DNA of 64,000 nucleotides from Piromyces finnis finn. Lineage: Eukaryota > Fungi > Neocallimastigomycota. A program made the translations under genes and the position numbers. The notes below the pieces were generated by a model that worked only from the letters and a program-made list of their open reading frames with translations, searched no databases and had not been told where the DNA came from. Shown piece by piece: positions 25,422-36,351 of the stretch (within the stretch, counting starts at the first letter, position 1; each line of letters starts with the position of its first letter). The stretch is taken from contig MCFH01000057.1 in the NCBI GenBank assembly GCA_002104945.1, forward strand, positions 62,001-126,000. Direction: 5' to 3'.

Positions 25422-26837
25422 CCGTTTTGTATCCCGAGGGGTTGCTTCTTGCGTTTATTTCAACTACTAGTTGATTCTGACAGTAGTAGCTATTATTCAC
25501 CGTTGGCTGACTAGCCATGGCTTTAAGTAAGGGATTATTTCCCATACTAGAAGGTCCTTGCTTTGGTTGGAAGCTAGAACTTCTTCTAAAACCCGGTTTG
25601 TTGAACGACTCACGACGTTCTTTGTTATTACCATTTTTTACATAAGCCTGAGTGTTGGTCTGCTCAACTTTAGGCTTGTTATTTGGCTTGTTGTTCTTCT
25701 GCTTTAACTCGGCCCATTTAGAAGGTCTGCATGGGTCTGTAATATCCAATAAGGCCATGATAGTGGTCTGGCGATCTCTCTTATCGTACTTTTCTATGGT
25801 TTCATTACGGAAGACTGCTTGGTGATCATCGCACTTTAACAAGACTTCACTTAATGTTTCCAGCGTACGTTCTTGTTCAGGGATATCATAGAACGCTTCC
25901 CGGACAGAAGGCCTGACCTGTTGTATTAACACTTGTCTCCTAACATTATTTGGAAGCCCAAGTGTTTCCGTCAATTCATTGAACTCTTCCAAGTAGTCGT
26001 ACGCTTTTCCCCACTCATGTGTGAGCTTAAGCAATTTTGACTTGCAGAGTTCATGGAGAGACTCTGGTGGGAACTTATTTTGAAGGTGGAGGAATAGTCT
26101 TTCAGCATCAGGATTCCTACGCTGTAACATCCTCTCCCTAAGCCTATACCATCTCAATACTTTCCCACCTAGATGATCTTCAATGAAGCTAACCTTTGCC
26201 TTTTCGTCGTTACCATAGTCATATGGGTAACGTTTGAAATGATGAAATGATGTAAGCACTTCTCCTGAAAACCCTCTAAGTCTATCCCGTTATTATCAAA
26301 CATAGGCACTTTTTCTTCATACCTATGTACTCGCCAGTCGAACATCTTCACGTCCCCGTCCTCGGAATATTCCGTAGGGTTGGTGCTGCTACTAGTTCCA
26401 GCACCATGAGGATTACCCGTACCACCGGTTTGGTAGGATGTTCTTTCATGAGCTCTGACTTCAGCTCTTCTGTTCATGGCTTCGACTTTAGCCTCGAACA
26501 GTTTTTCTCTTTCTTCTAGAGCGTTTCGTTGTTCCCTCAATCTGGTCATCTCTTCTTCAAGCTCTTTTTTATAAGAGACAAAGGCACTAGATTGACGGTA
26601 CAACGTTTCTTGGTTGTTTAGCACTTGCTGGTGGTCTTGTAACCTTTCCTCGTGTTCTGCAGTAAAGGCATTTTCCACAGCATGCAGCTCTTCTAAGCTA
26701 ACTTGGCTAGCTGACTCATTTGCTTCCAACCTTTGATCCACTTCAACAAATTTTTGCTGAAGAGCATCGTTTATCTCGCTCTTGTAAACCTCAATACCCC
26801 GAAGTTGTTCTTCCATAGCACCCAGACGGTTTCCCAT
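25405..26837 (-). pseudogene. gag: Gag with N-terminal coiled coil, broken by small indels
   Basis: ORFs 26169-26837 and 25405-26259; a 7-nt duplication near 26240 explains the shift; paralog at 37522. Confidence 0.85.
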
Positions 26838-26933
26838 ACTAGCAAACTGGCTAGATATTTCCGAAACCCCCTAACCCCTTATATTGTTCTTCATTATCAT
26901 AATTTATATTTAAATTTGAATGATTATTTTCTA

Positions 26934-27542
26934 TGTAAAGATATCAAACACCTCTGTTTGATATCTTTAATGTAACTTAAGCCACAAGTATTATTGTTTA
27001 AGTTACACAAATTATATTACAGAAAAAGAAAATGGGTCATAATTTATTTATTAATAATTAAAGTTTAAAACAAAATAAATTATTAATTTATTTTTAATGT
27101 TTTACAAATAAATTAAATTGAGAAATTTAATTTCTTAGTTTTAGTATTGTTTTTGATAGAAATAGATAAATAGTATATAAATAATAAATGATTAATATAT
27201 CAATAATACATGGGCACATATTCAAATTAAATAGTACTTAATTTGAATTGCCAATTGTATTTTACTAAAAATAGTTATAGTTTAAATATTTATTAATAAT
27301 TAAGATTTTAGTGTAGATTTTAAATAATAATATATAAGAAATAAATAGTTATAATATAATATAAATGAATTTAGGAAAAATATAAATAGAAGATATTTTT
27401 CATCATTTTATCGATGTAATTGTTATTAACAATTTTATTACAATAAATTAATAAAAAACTATTTTTTGATAAAACATATTTTATATTGTTATTGTAATAG
27501 ATTAGATATCCTAATCTATTCGGTTTAGTGTCTGTCTTTACA
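26934..27542 (+). mobile_element. Solo LTR, family B variant, no 5-bp TSD
   Basis: TGTAAAGATATC...TGTCTTTACA; flanked by a 43-bp direct duplication (26891-26933/27552-27594). Confidence 0.85.
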
Positions 27543-28844
27543 ATATCATAATCATTATCATAATTTATATTTAAATTTGAATGATTATTTTCTATTTCTT
27601 TGGTATTATTTTCATTTATTTTATTTTTGATATTATCAATGTTTTCGAAATTAATTTTCTTTCGAATTTCTAAATCAATGTCAGGACTCAGGATATTTAA
27701 AAAGTCATTATTTTTAATTTCTCTAATTAGATTATTTATCTTCATTTCTGTTGATGTTTCCAATACTTCTTCAATAAATTCATTTTTGTTTACATTGTCT
27801 GAATTTTCTTTTATAAATTGAGCATTTCCATTGGATTCTGGTATTTATTATTCTTTTTACTTTCTTTTAATATATTTGTTTTGTCTTTATTATTTATATC
27901 TTTATTGTCCTTGTTTTTCTTTATATTTAAATTTACTTCTTCAATTTCACAATTTTCAATTTCATCAACATTATTATAATTTGAATTATTTCCTTTCAAG
28001 GTAGATTTATATTTCTTTTTATTATTACTTATATTATCATTGTTGCTTTCTGGAATATCGTTATTGTTTTCTTCTTCTTCAATGGTTTCACTTATAGATT
28101 CCATTGAAATACTTGTTTCCGTTTCTTTATTTTCTACTATCTCTTCACTTTCCTGGTACTTATTTTTGTTTAAGTATCCTTTTTGCTTTTCTTTTAATTT
28201 AATATAATCTAAGGGATTAAAGTCTTCCTCAGAGTCACTATTTTTATTATTCGTAATATTGTCTTCTTCTAAACTCATGTTACTATCATTGGTATCTTCG
28301 TAAACTTGTATAAAGTTTTCAGAATTATTGTTTTTTTCTTTATTTAATAATGTAAGTTTATCTAACTTTTCTTCAATATTTTTAAATTTTTCTTCATAAT
28401 TAACTTCTTTTAAGTCTTCTTTATTACTGGTTTTATCATTAAGTGTTTTCAAGTTTTCATTCATTGAATTGTCGTTTACATTTAAAATATCTTTTTCTTT
28501 CTTATTTTTATTTTCATTCTTTCTCTTATATATAATTAAAATTCCTTTCTTGAAATGTTCCTGTATCTTGACTATATATTTCATTATTATTATTTTCCTT
28601 TTCTAAATCATAACTGTAGTCACCAGGTTCTTCTTCTATAAAACCTACGACTCTTATCACTTTAATTTTTCTTGATTTTATGTCGAATATTCTGTATCCT
28701 ACTGAGGATCCCTCCTTAGTTTTGTCTTGAAATTTCGGAATATTACTGTCATCTAAATAATATACTTTACATCTTTACATCCAAATACTCTTAAATTTCC
28801 ATAATCAACTTTTCTGTTGTACATTAATTCAAATGGTATTTCAC

Positions 28845-29464
28845 TGTAATGTTGAACACTGGAAGAATAGATTAGGATATCTATTCTATTACAATAACAC
28901 TAAAATTTAAATAAAAAAAAAGAAAAATTGTTTTTATAAAAATATCTTTTATTATAATAGAAATTTTATTAATAACAATTACATCGATAAAATGATGAAA
29001 AATATCTTCTATTTATATTTTTCCTAATTACATTTATATTATATTATAACTATTTATTTCTTATATATTATTATTTAAAATCTACACTAAAATCTTAATT
29101 ATTAATAAATATTTAAACTATAACTATTTTTAGTAAAATACAATTGGCAATTCAAATTAAGTACTATTTAATTTGAATATGTGCCCATGTATTATTGATA
29201 TATTAATCATTTATTATTTATATATTATTTATCTATTTCTATCAAAAACAATACTAAAACTAAGAAATTAAATTTCTCAATTTAATTTATTTGTAAAACA
29301 TTAAAAATAAATTAATAATTTATTTTGTTTTAAACTTTAATTATTAATAAATAAATTATGACCCATTTTCTTTTTCTGTAATATAATTTGTGTAACTTAA
29401 ATAATAATACTTGTGGCTTAAGTTACATTAAAGATATCAAACAGAGGTGTTTGATATCTTTACA
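28845..29464 (-). mobile_element. Solo LTR, family B, inside copia integrase
   Basis: TG...CA ends; TSD TTCAC; removal restores GINGE-IPFELMY. Confidence 0.93.
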
Positions 29465-31615
29465 TTCACCATTAATTCCACTGTGCGGAACTCAATTATG
29501 GACATAATCTGCTGTTTTCACAGCATCTTCCCAAAAGCGACAGTACAATTTTGCATCCATTAACATTGCGGTAGCAGTTTTTATTAACTTTCCATTAAAT
29601 CTTTCTGCTCTTCCATTCTGTTCCGGATTTCCATGGATTGTGAATTGCTGAGTTATTCCATATTTATTACATAACTCCTTAAAGTTGTTTGAAGTGAATT
29701 CAGTTCCATTATCACTTCTAAGATATTTTACTTTGGATAATAGTTCATTAATTGTTTTGTTCAGCCAATTTCCAAATTCTTTGAATACATCACTTTTATT
29801 CTTGACAAAGATTACCCATCCATATCGACTGTAATCATCTAAAATACTTAAAAAAGTATGCATTGTCATGAATTGATGGTGTAATTGGACCTACCAAATC
29901 GATATGTACTAGTTCCAAGACACTTGATGCTCTACTATATAACCTTTTATGAAGGATTTCTTTCATTTTGCTTCTCATGCATATTGTACAATTGTGAACG
30001 TTGTTCTTTTCATCATTATTATTGAAATTCAGATGCCCAATTCTTCTATGTCAGTATTCTCCATTGTTTCGTACATTATTACACATTGAATAATTATTAA
30101 CTGCATTACTTTCTTTGATGTACAAATTGAATACATCATATTCATTTGCTTTGACTTCGTATACATTTTCTGTTTTCTTATCTATTATGTATGCAAATAC
30201 ATTATTGTTCTTTTCATCAAAGATTATTTGGTAGCCACTCAACTAATTTGGCAACAGAAATTAAATTTCGTTTTACATCTGGAATGTATATTACATCTTC
30301 TAATTTTATTGGTTCTTCATTAACAGATCCATTTACTTCACCCATATGTGTTGACTTTGTAGTCACTCCATTTGCGTAATTGATTGGTTCTACATGTTCA
30401 AAAACACTTTTGAGAATTCTTATGTCTTTGGTAATATGATTAGAAGCACAAAATACATAATTGCATGATTTATTGTTACATTCATCATTATTATTGTCAA
30501 AAAATGTATTGTAATCAACTGTAAACAAATCTTGATATCCAACTTCTGGTTCAAAATTTTCAGTAGTTTGTTTATTTACCTTTTCGCCTGTTGCTAAAGA
30601 TGCTTCCTTGCCTTTAGTTTTCTCTTTTCTTAACCTTCTTGTAACTTCTTCTGGAAGTTCTTTTTGAATACCGCATTGTTTTACAGTGTGTCCTTTTTTG
30701 ATGACAAAAATAACATGTAACGTTTTGTTTATTTTTGTTTTTCCAATTTCTTTCATCGTTGGTTTCTTTTCCTTTACTTGTATTTTTATTATGGTTTTTA
30801 CTTTGTTTATTGCGGTAAAATTTTGAATTTTCCTTTCTTTTATCATTTTTATAACTGCTTTCTACATTAAAAATATGTCTAATTTCGAAAGTTTCGAATT
30901 TTTCTTTTGGATCAAATTTATTCATCTTGTCTATCATTTTAGCAGAGTCCTTTTTACATTCCTCCCAGTCTTCATGCTTAAGGACTGTGACCTTCCTATA
31001 TTTCTCTGGTAAAGCCCGGTATAATAGACCTACTTTTTCTTCATCATCTATTTTCACATTTAGTTGTTCTAACTTATTAAAGTTAGAGTTTAACTTTTTT
31101 ACAAATCTTGAAAAACTTTCTTTTGAGTCATATTTAATGAGTTAGTTTCCTTAATGAGCCTATTCTTTCTTTCTATTTTGTCCCCTAAATAAATGTCTTC
31201 TAACAATTTCCACATTTCGTAACTTGTTAAAGACCTATCTTGGATATCTTGTTGGCAGTTTGGACCTAAGTTATATCTAATTAAGAATTATATTTCTGTC
31301 CGTCTTCAAATCATTTTCTGTTACTAATTTATCATAGTATGTATTTGCTTCAAAAGGAGCTTTTAGGTATTCCTCTCCATCGATATCCATTTCTTCATCA
31401 TATTTAATTTTTGGGGTTTTGTTTTCGTCGACCCAATCTTCAATACCATAATAGTTTAAAATGTTCCTCATTAACATTTGCCAAGTTATGAAATTTTTAT
31501 TGTTTAATTCATAAGTGATCTTTCCTAACATAACGGTAGGATCAATCATAGGAATTGATCCAGTATCTCCGTTAGATTTTCCTTCAGATATATTAAAAAA
31601 ACTTACTTAAATATA

Positions 31616-31637
31616 AGAGCAATTGAGACTCTTAATC
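31616..31637 (-). promoter_or_regulatory. Copia primer-binding site complementary to the tRNA-Lys(CUU) anticodon arm
   Basis: GATTAAGAGTCTC directly follows LTR end ...CTGACA; its complement GAGACTCTTAATC is a Lys(CUU) anticodon arm. Confidence 0.7.
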
Positions 31638-32164
31638 TGTCAGGGATAAATTTAGTTTACACTTAAATTTATTAATAAAACTATTTGGGCTTTTATAATC
31701 TTTTATTTATTTATATTTGTAACGAAATATTATAATAAACACACTCAAATATGTAATTAATTTTTTTTCTAATAATTTTATTTATTAAATTTATTATTAT
31801 AATACAACTAACTCGCTAGGTCAGTGTATTATCAAACTAAAGACAAAACAAAAAAACTAATTTTATTAATTGTTAATAAAAACACTAAAGAGCTATCTTA
31901 TCTTTCATATTCTCTTTTATACATGAAAAAATATTTTTTAATACAATTTGATAAGTAAACTAATTACTTAATGATTGGTTATAAAAAATATAATAATCCT
32001 TTTTTTCATTAATCTAACCTTAATGATTTTCTAATCTAACCCTTATCACTAGATTTACTTTGTTACAAGCTCCTCCTCTAAATTCAGATTCCAGACGAAT
32101 TTATAATGGTTAATTTTTTTTCAAATGTTTTTAACAGGCAGTTGATTTTATATGGGAAATAAAA

Positions 32165-32225
32165 GGTGTGGTATAATGGTCGAGTAGTTGGCAATAACTA
32201 GAAGGTTGTGGGTTCGAAATTGGGT
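32165..32225 (+). promoter_or_regulatory. tRNA-like A/B box cassette antisense in the 3' UTR of element E
   Basis: TGGTATAATGG (32169-32179) and GGTTCGAAAT (32211-32220); AAGGTTGTGGGTTCGA is typical of tRNA variable loop/T arm. Confidence 0.55.
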
Positions 32226-34381
32226 TGGTAGAGTAACTTTGATGTAAGGCGGTTTGGCGCCAAGACTAAAGTATGTCCAACAAGTACTAGAGGTTTCATA
32301 GGCAAGGTTCCAATATGGCCGTTTGATAGTACTTGTTCTTGGTACGCTTGTAAGTCCAGTAAATACCTATGGGAGCTTCGCCAAAACGGTATCGGTTAAG
32401 TTTATCCTATAGAGTTAACATTCCCTCATTTATATGTTTAAAAAATTAATGAAAATTAGTTAATTTTATTATTATTAGTTTTTTTTTTTTTTAAATGGGT
32501 CTTGTAAAATTCTCTTAGTTTTGCTGGACAGTTCAGATTTTCTTCGGGTTCCCATGAAGCTTCTGAGATAGGATATCCTTTCCATTTGATCAAGTACTGG
32601 ATTTTGTTATATCGTCTTATTTTGTCAAGAATTCCTTCTACTTCATATTCCTCTTCTTCGTTTATAATGACAGGTGGTAGGGGTTGAATTTTTCGGTTTG
32701 CAATTTCTCCTTCGAAGTAAGGCTCGAGAGACGATTTATGGAATACCGGATCAATCTTCATGTTACCTGGGAGTTTCAATTTTAATGAGACTTCTGATAT
32801 CTGTTGTTCAATTTCGTAGGGACCGAGTTTCCGAGGGTTGAATTTATTATTTCCCTTAACTAAATTATTATTGATTAACCATACCTTTTCTCCTGGTTTG
32901 AATGAAGGGCCTGATTGTCTATGTTTGGCGAAATGTTCTTGTTTCTTTTGAGCTTCTGAAAGGTTTTTCTTGAGGGTGCTGATTATATCCTTTAGTTCTT
33001 TTGTGTATTCTTCAGCTCTTGGTACTTCACTTGTTGTTGGAATTGTTGGATTAAAATTAGGATAGAACAAATAGTTCAAGAAGAATGGTGTTTGTTTTGC
33101 GGATTCTTGAACTGAATTATTGTAACTAAATTCGGCTAGGCTTAAGTATTCGATCCAGTTAGTGCCTTTGTAGTTTGAGAAGCAACGTAGATATTGTTTT
33201 ACAACGGAGTTCACTCTCTCCGTCTGGCCATTAGATTGGTGATGATAAGCGGAAGAGTATCTCAAATCAATCTTGAGGGTAGCAAAGAATTTCTTCCAAA
33301 ACTTTGAAGTGAACTGAGTACCTTGGTCGAGGACAATGTCGGAGGGTCATCCATGAAGTTTGAAGACATTGTTAATAAATGCTTCAGCAGCACGTTCAGC
33401 AGTCGGAACTTTTTCAAGAGGGATAAAGTAAGCCATTTTTGTCAAACGATCAATGACAACAAAGATACAGGTAAATACACGAGAAGAGGGGAGGTCAGTG
33501 ATAAAATTCATAGCAATGGAAGACCAGGGACGTTCACCTAAAGCTTTTCCTAGATGATCCAACATATCTTGGATCAATGGGAGATGGTACGAGTTCCTAA
33601 TAGTGATCTCGTTTAAGCGGCGGTAGTCGATACACATACGAAGTTCTCCACTCTTCTTTGGGACAAACAGAACGGGAGCACCAGTGGGCGATTTGGATTT
33701 GCAGATAAACCTCTTTTTTAAATTTTCATTAATGGTTTCTTCTAACACCTTTGATTCTTTCTCGATAAGTCGGTAAATTGGACTGTAAAACAAGTTACTA
33801 TTTGGCTTCAGGTTGATTTCACAGTCATACGGGCGATGAGGAGGAAGTTCTTCAGCGAGCTTTTCCTCGAACACTTTGGAGTGCTGAGAGTAGTGAATTG
33901 AAATCTGGGGTGACTCAACTTCAGGTTCTTCTAAGCAAGTGAATACATTAAAAGGGTATTCAGGTGTATTTTCAGTTGGCATTTCACCCTTCGATTGGTC
34001 TTCAGGTTCAGAAGAGGTAGAATTAACAGATTCTTTCTTCAAGCAATTTTCTTTACAGTATTCGGAGTGATAAGAAACGTCTTTACTAGAAAAATTAATT
34101 GTCGGATTGTGAATGACTAACCAGTCAGAACCAATAATACAACAGTAAGAAGGCAAGTCTACGACGTAAAATTGTAACTGGCATGAGTGATTCATGTGTT
34201 CCACAGTTATAGGCCAAGTCTGGCCGATAATCTTTTGGTGACCTCCGATACCTATAATTTATGGACATTTTACTTTGGTAATTATAGGGATCTCATGGAC
34301 CTCAACAAAGGCGTGGTCGATCAAACAGAACTGTGAACCACTATCTAAGAGAACTTTAGCTACGACGGATTTGTATGGAAG

Positions 34382-34798
34382 TGTAAAGAAATGTGTCTTT
34401 AACAATAAAACAAATTATAATATTTACTAAATAACTTAGTAATATTAACACTTTAAAATATTCTGTAAATTATTAATTTATAAAAATATTATTAAAAACA
34501 CATAGAATTTAACTTAATAAGTTAGTGTTTAATAATATAATTATTTATTAATAAAATCTCGATTCTTTAAAATATTTGGGAAAATTCACTCGTATTTATA
34601 CTAAAAATTTTTTAAATTAATTTATAAAATTTTTTCAACTTAAAATTCTTAACCAATCAATAATCTTCATATAAAATAAAATTTAAAAATAAAATTATAA
34701 TTTTTAAAATAGTATCTGTCTCGAACTAGTGTCATTCAGACTCAAAGTCTTAGCTACTAACCACTAAGACAATTTAGTTGTTTCTAGTATTCATTACA
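34382..34798 (-). mobile_element. Solo LTR, family O (G-related, tRNA-Gln-derived head)
   Basis: TGTAAAG...CATTACA; TSD GGAAG; removal restores VVLP-YKSVVAKVLLDSG. Confidence 0.92.
34712..34778 (-). ncRNA. tRNA-Gln(UUG)-derived pseudo-tRNA / Pol III cassette in LTR O
   Basis: A box TGTCTTAGTGG, C32 T33 TTG A37 at canonical numbering with 4/5 anticodon-stem pairs, G53 TTCGA C61; acceptor stem absent. Confidence 0.7.
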
Positions 34799-36351
34799 GG
34801 AAGAACAACATCAACATTAATAACTATTTGAGGTAGAGAGAAATTATCCGAAAGTCGAGTGGACTTTTCTTGATCATTCAAAATATGGACCCCAGCATTA
34901 TTAGTATGGTTTTCCTTTTTGATTCTAATAGGGCATTCAGATAATCGGTGACCAGGTTTACCACAGTAAAAGCAGAGATTATCTTTCATTCGACAGTTAC
35001 ATTCTTCATTTGAGATGGGACCGAAAGAATTTGTTCTTTTCGACTGTGTGGATTTACTTGAAGAACTTTCTGAGGAACAAGGTTGGAAGCTTGGTTTAGG
35101 GCGGAAACTTTTATTAGATCTCTTACTTATCTCTTCTTGGTGACATGCCAATCTACCCCCTATACGACTTGCTATTGTTTGTAGGTTTATTAAGGTAAAA
35201 GGGCCAGGGAACATCTGGAGAATATGGGTAGCGATCCTATCGTCCAATCCATCAACAAAGGCATCCATTTTGGCTTGTTCGTTCCAAGTGGATTCGTCAA
35301 CGTAATTGTTGAATTCCTTGATGTACTCCTGAGTATTGGATAGGCCATGTTGTTTGACCTTCTTAAGTTTTTGATTAGCAATGTAGGCCATATCCTGGAA
35401 CCCAAGAACAGCTTTCATTTTCCCTACGAAGGCACCATAGTTCTGCAAACAGGGGTCATGGTTGTTAATCAAAGTAGCAGGCCAGTTCATTGCGTCCCCA
35501 TAGAGGCGGCTAACAACACAGAAAACTTTTTCTCCGTCGTCTCTTCCTAATTCTAGATGGATCATAAAGAACATTTCCATTTTGGCTAAGAATCCCTTTA
35601 GGTAGCGGTGGTTTCCGTCAAAACCATTCTTCAAGTCGGCAGAGTTATCCATAAGGAGAAAATTAAGGTAGACAATAAACGAAGTACTGAGGTAGATTTT
35701 TTTTCTTAGAGTGTTTTTATTGTAATGAAATATTATAATAATGAACACACTCATGTAATTAATTTTTTTTCTAATAATTTTATTTATTAAATTTATTATT
35801 ATAATACAACTAACTCGCTAGGTCAGTGTATTATCAAACTAAAGACAAAACAAAAAAACTAATTTTATTAATTGTTAATAAAAACACTAAAGAGCTATCT
35901 TATCTTTCATATTCTCTTTTATACATGAAAAAATATTTTTTAATACAATTTGATAAGTAAACTAATTACTTAATAATTGGTTATAAAAATATAATAATAA
36001 ATTTTTTTTCATTAATCTAACCTTAATGATTTTCTAATCTAACCCTTATCACTAGATATACTTCGTTACAATATTTATTTTATAATATAAATATTGTAAC
36101 TTTCTTAAATCTTTTTTTAAAAATAACCAAAGAATAAAAAATGTAGTACAATATAAATTAATAAAATACAAATACATAAAAAATACATAAAATATTATTT
36201 TGGAATGTATTTTATTTTCACATATGAAAATAATTTTTAATACAATGTGATAAGTGGACTAATTATCTAATGATTGGTTATAAAAAATATTATTTATTTC
36301 TTTTTTGCTAAACCTAATCTAATCATAATGAATATAATTCATTACATTACG

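Larger units (their letters stand above)
20279..26868 (-). mobile_element. GC-richer Ty3/gypsy (chromovirus-like) of LTR family D, 5' end truncated
   Basis: gag-PR-RT-RH-IN; purine tract AGGGGGG before LTR start at 20775. Confidence 0.93.
26880..31717 (-). mobile_element. Ty1/copia retrotransposon (gag, zinc knuckle, protease, integrase, low-complexity IN-RT linker); RT lost; 5' LTR begins at 31638 on + and is interrupted by element E
   Basis: LNNKNFITWQ..MRNIL, CYFCHQK, HRRIGHL, LELVHIDLVGP, GNPEQNGRAER, LRVFGCK, IRVVGFIEE motifs in copia order (IN before RT). Confidence 0.9.
32456..35652 (-). pseudogene. Gag-PR-(RT start)-IN-chromodomain polyprotein of element E
   Basis: CFYCGKPGHRLSEC; LLDSGS after removing O; RT start fused to [15 protein letters not shown]; canonical chromodomain EYEVEGILD...YLIKWKGY...SWEP. 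Confidence 0.9.
31718..36070 (-). mobile_element. Chromovirus E: two 350-bp LTRs, most of RT and all of RNase H deleted
   Basis: LTRs 31718-32067 and 35721-36070; TSD ATATT; purine tract AGAGGAGGAG; 11-nt self-priming PBS 35710-35720. Confidence 0.95.

Noticed and set aside
25405-25445. Programmed gag/pol frameshift in the D element
   Set aside because: The paralog at about 39890-39945 reads gag into protease in one frame (ARNNQKGSKKVEVLYDT); a single extra C explains the shift.
26867-26879. Telomere-like CCCTAACCCC at the D/copia junction (also degenerate TAAGGG runs near 52920-52965)
   Set aside because: Fewer than two perfect units; expected by chance.
27543-28660. Novel Asn/Glu/Lys-rich gene (ORFs 27371 and 27811)
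   Set aside because: Follows the copia LRVFGC and RVVGFIEE motifs colinearly, so best read as the copia IN-RT linker.
34712-34778. Functional tRNA-Gln gene
   Set aside because: No acceptor stem and D stem does not pair; lies inside a TSD-flanked LTR. Kept only as a tRNA-derived cassette.
36095-36346. E-related solo LTR
   Set aside because: Shares internal blocks with E and has TG...CA candidates, but flanks (AATAT / TTACG) do not match; boundaries unsupported.
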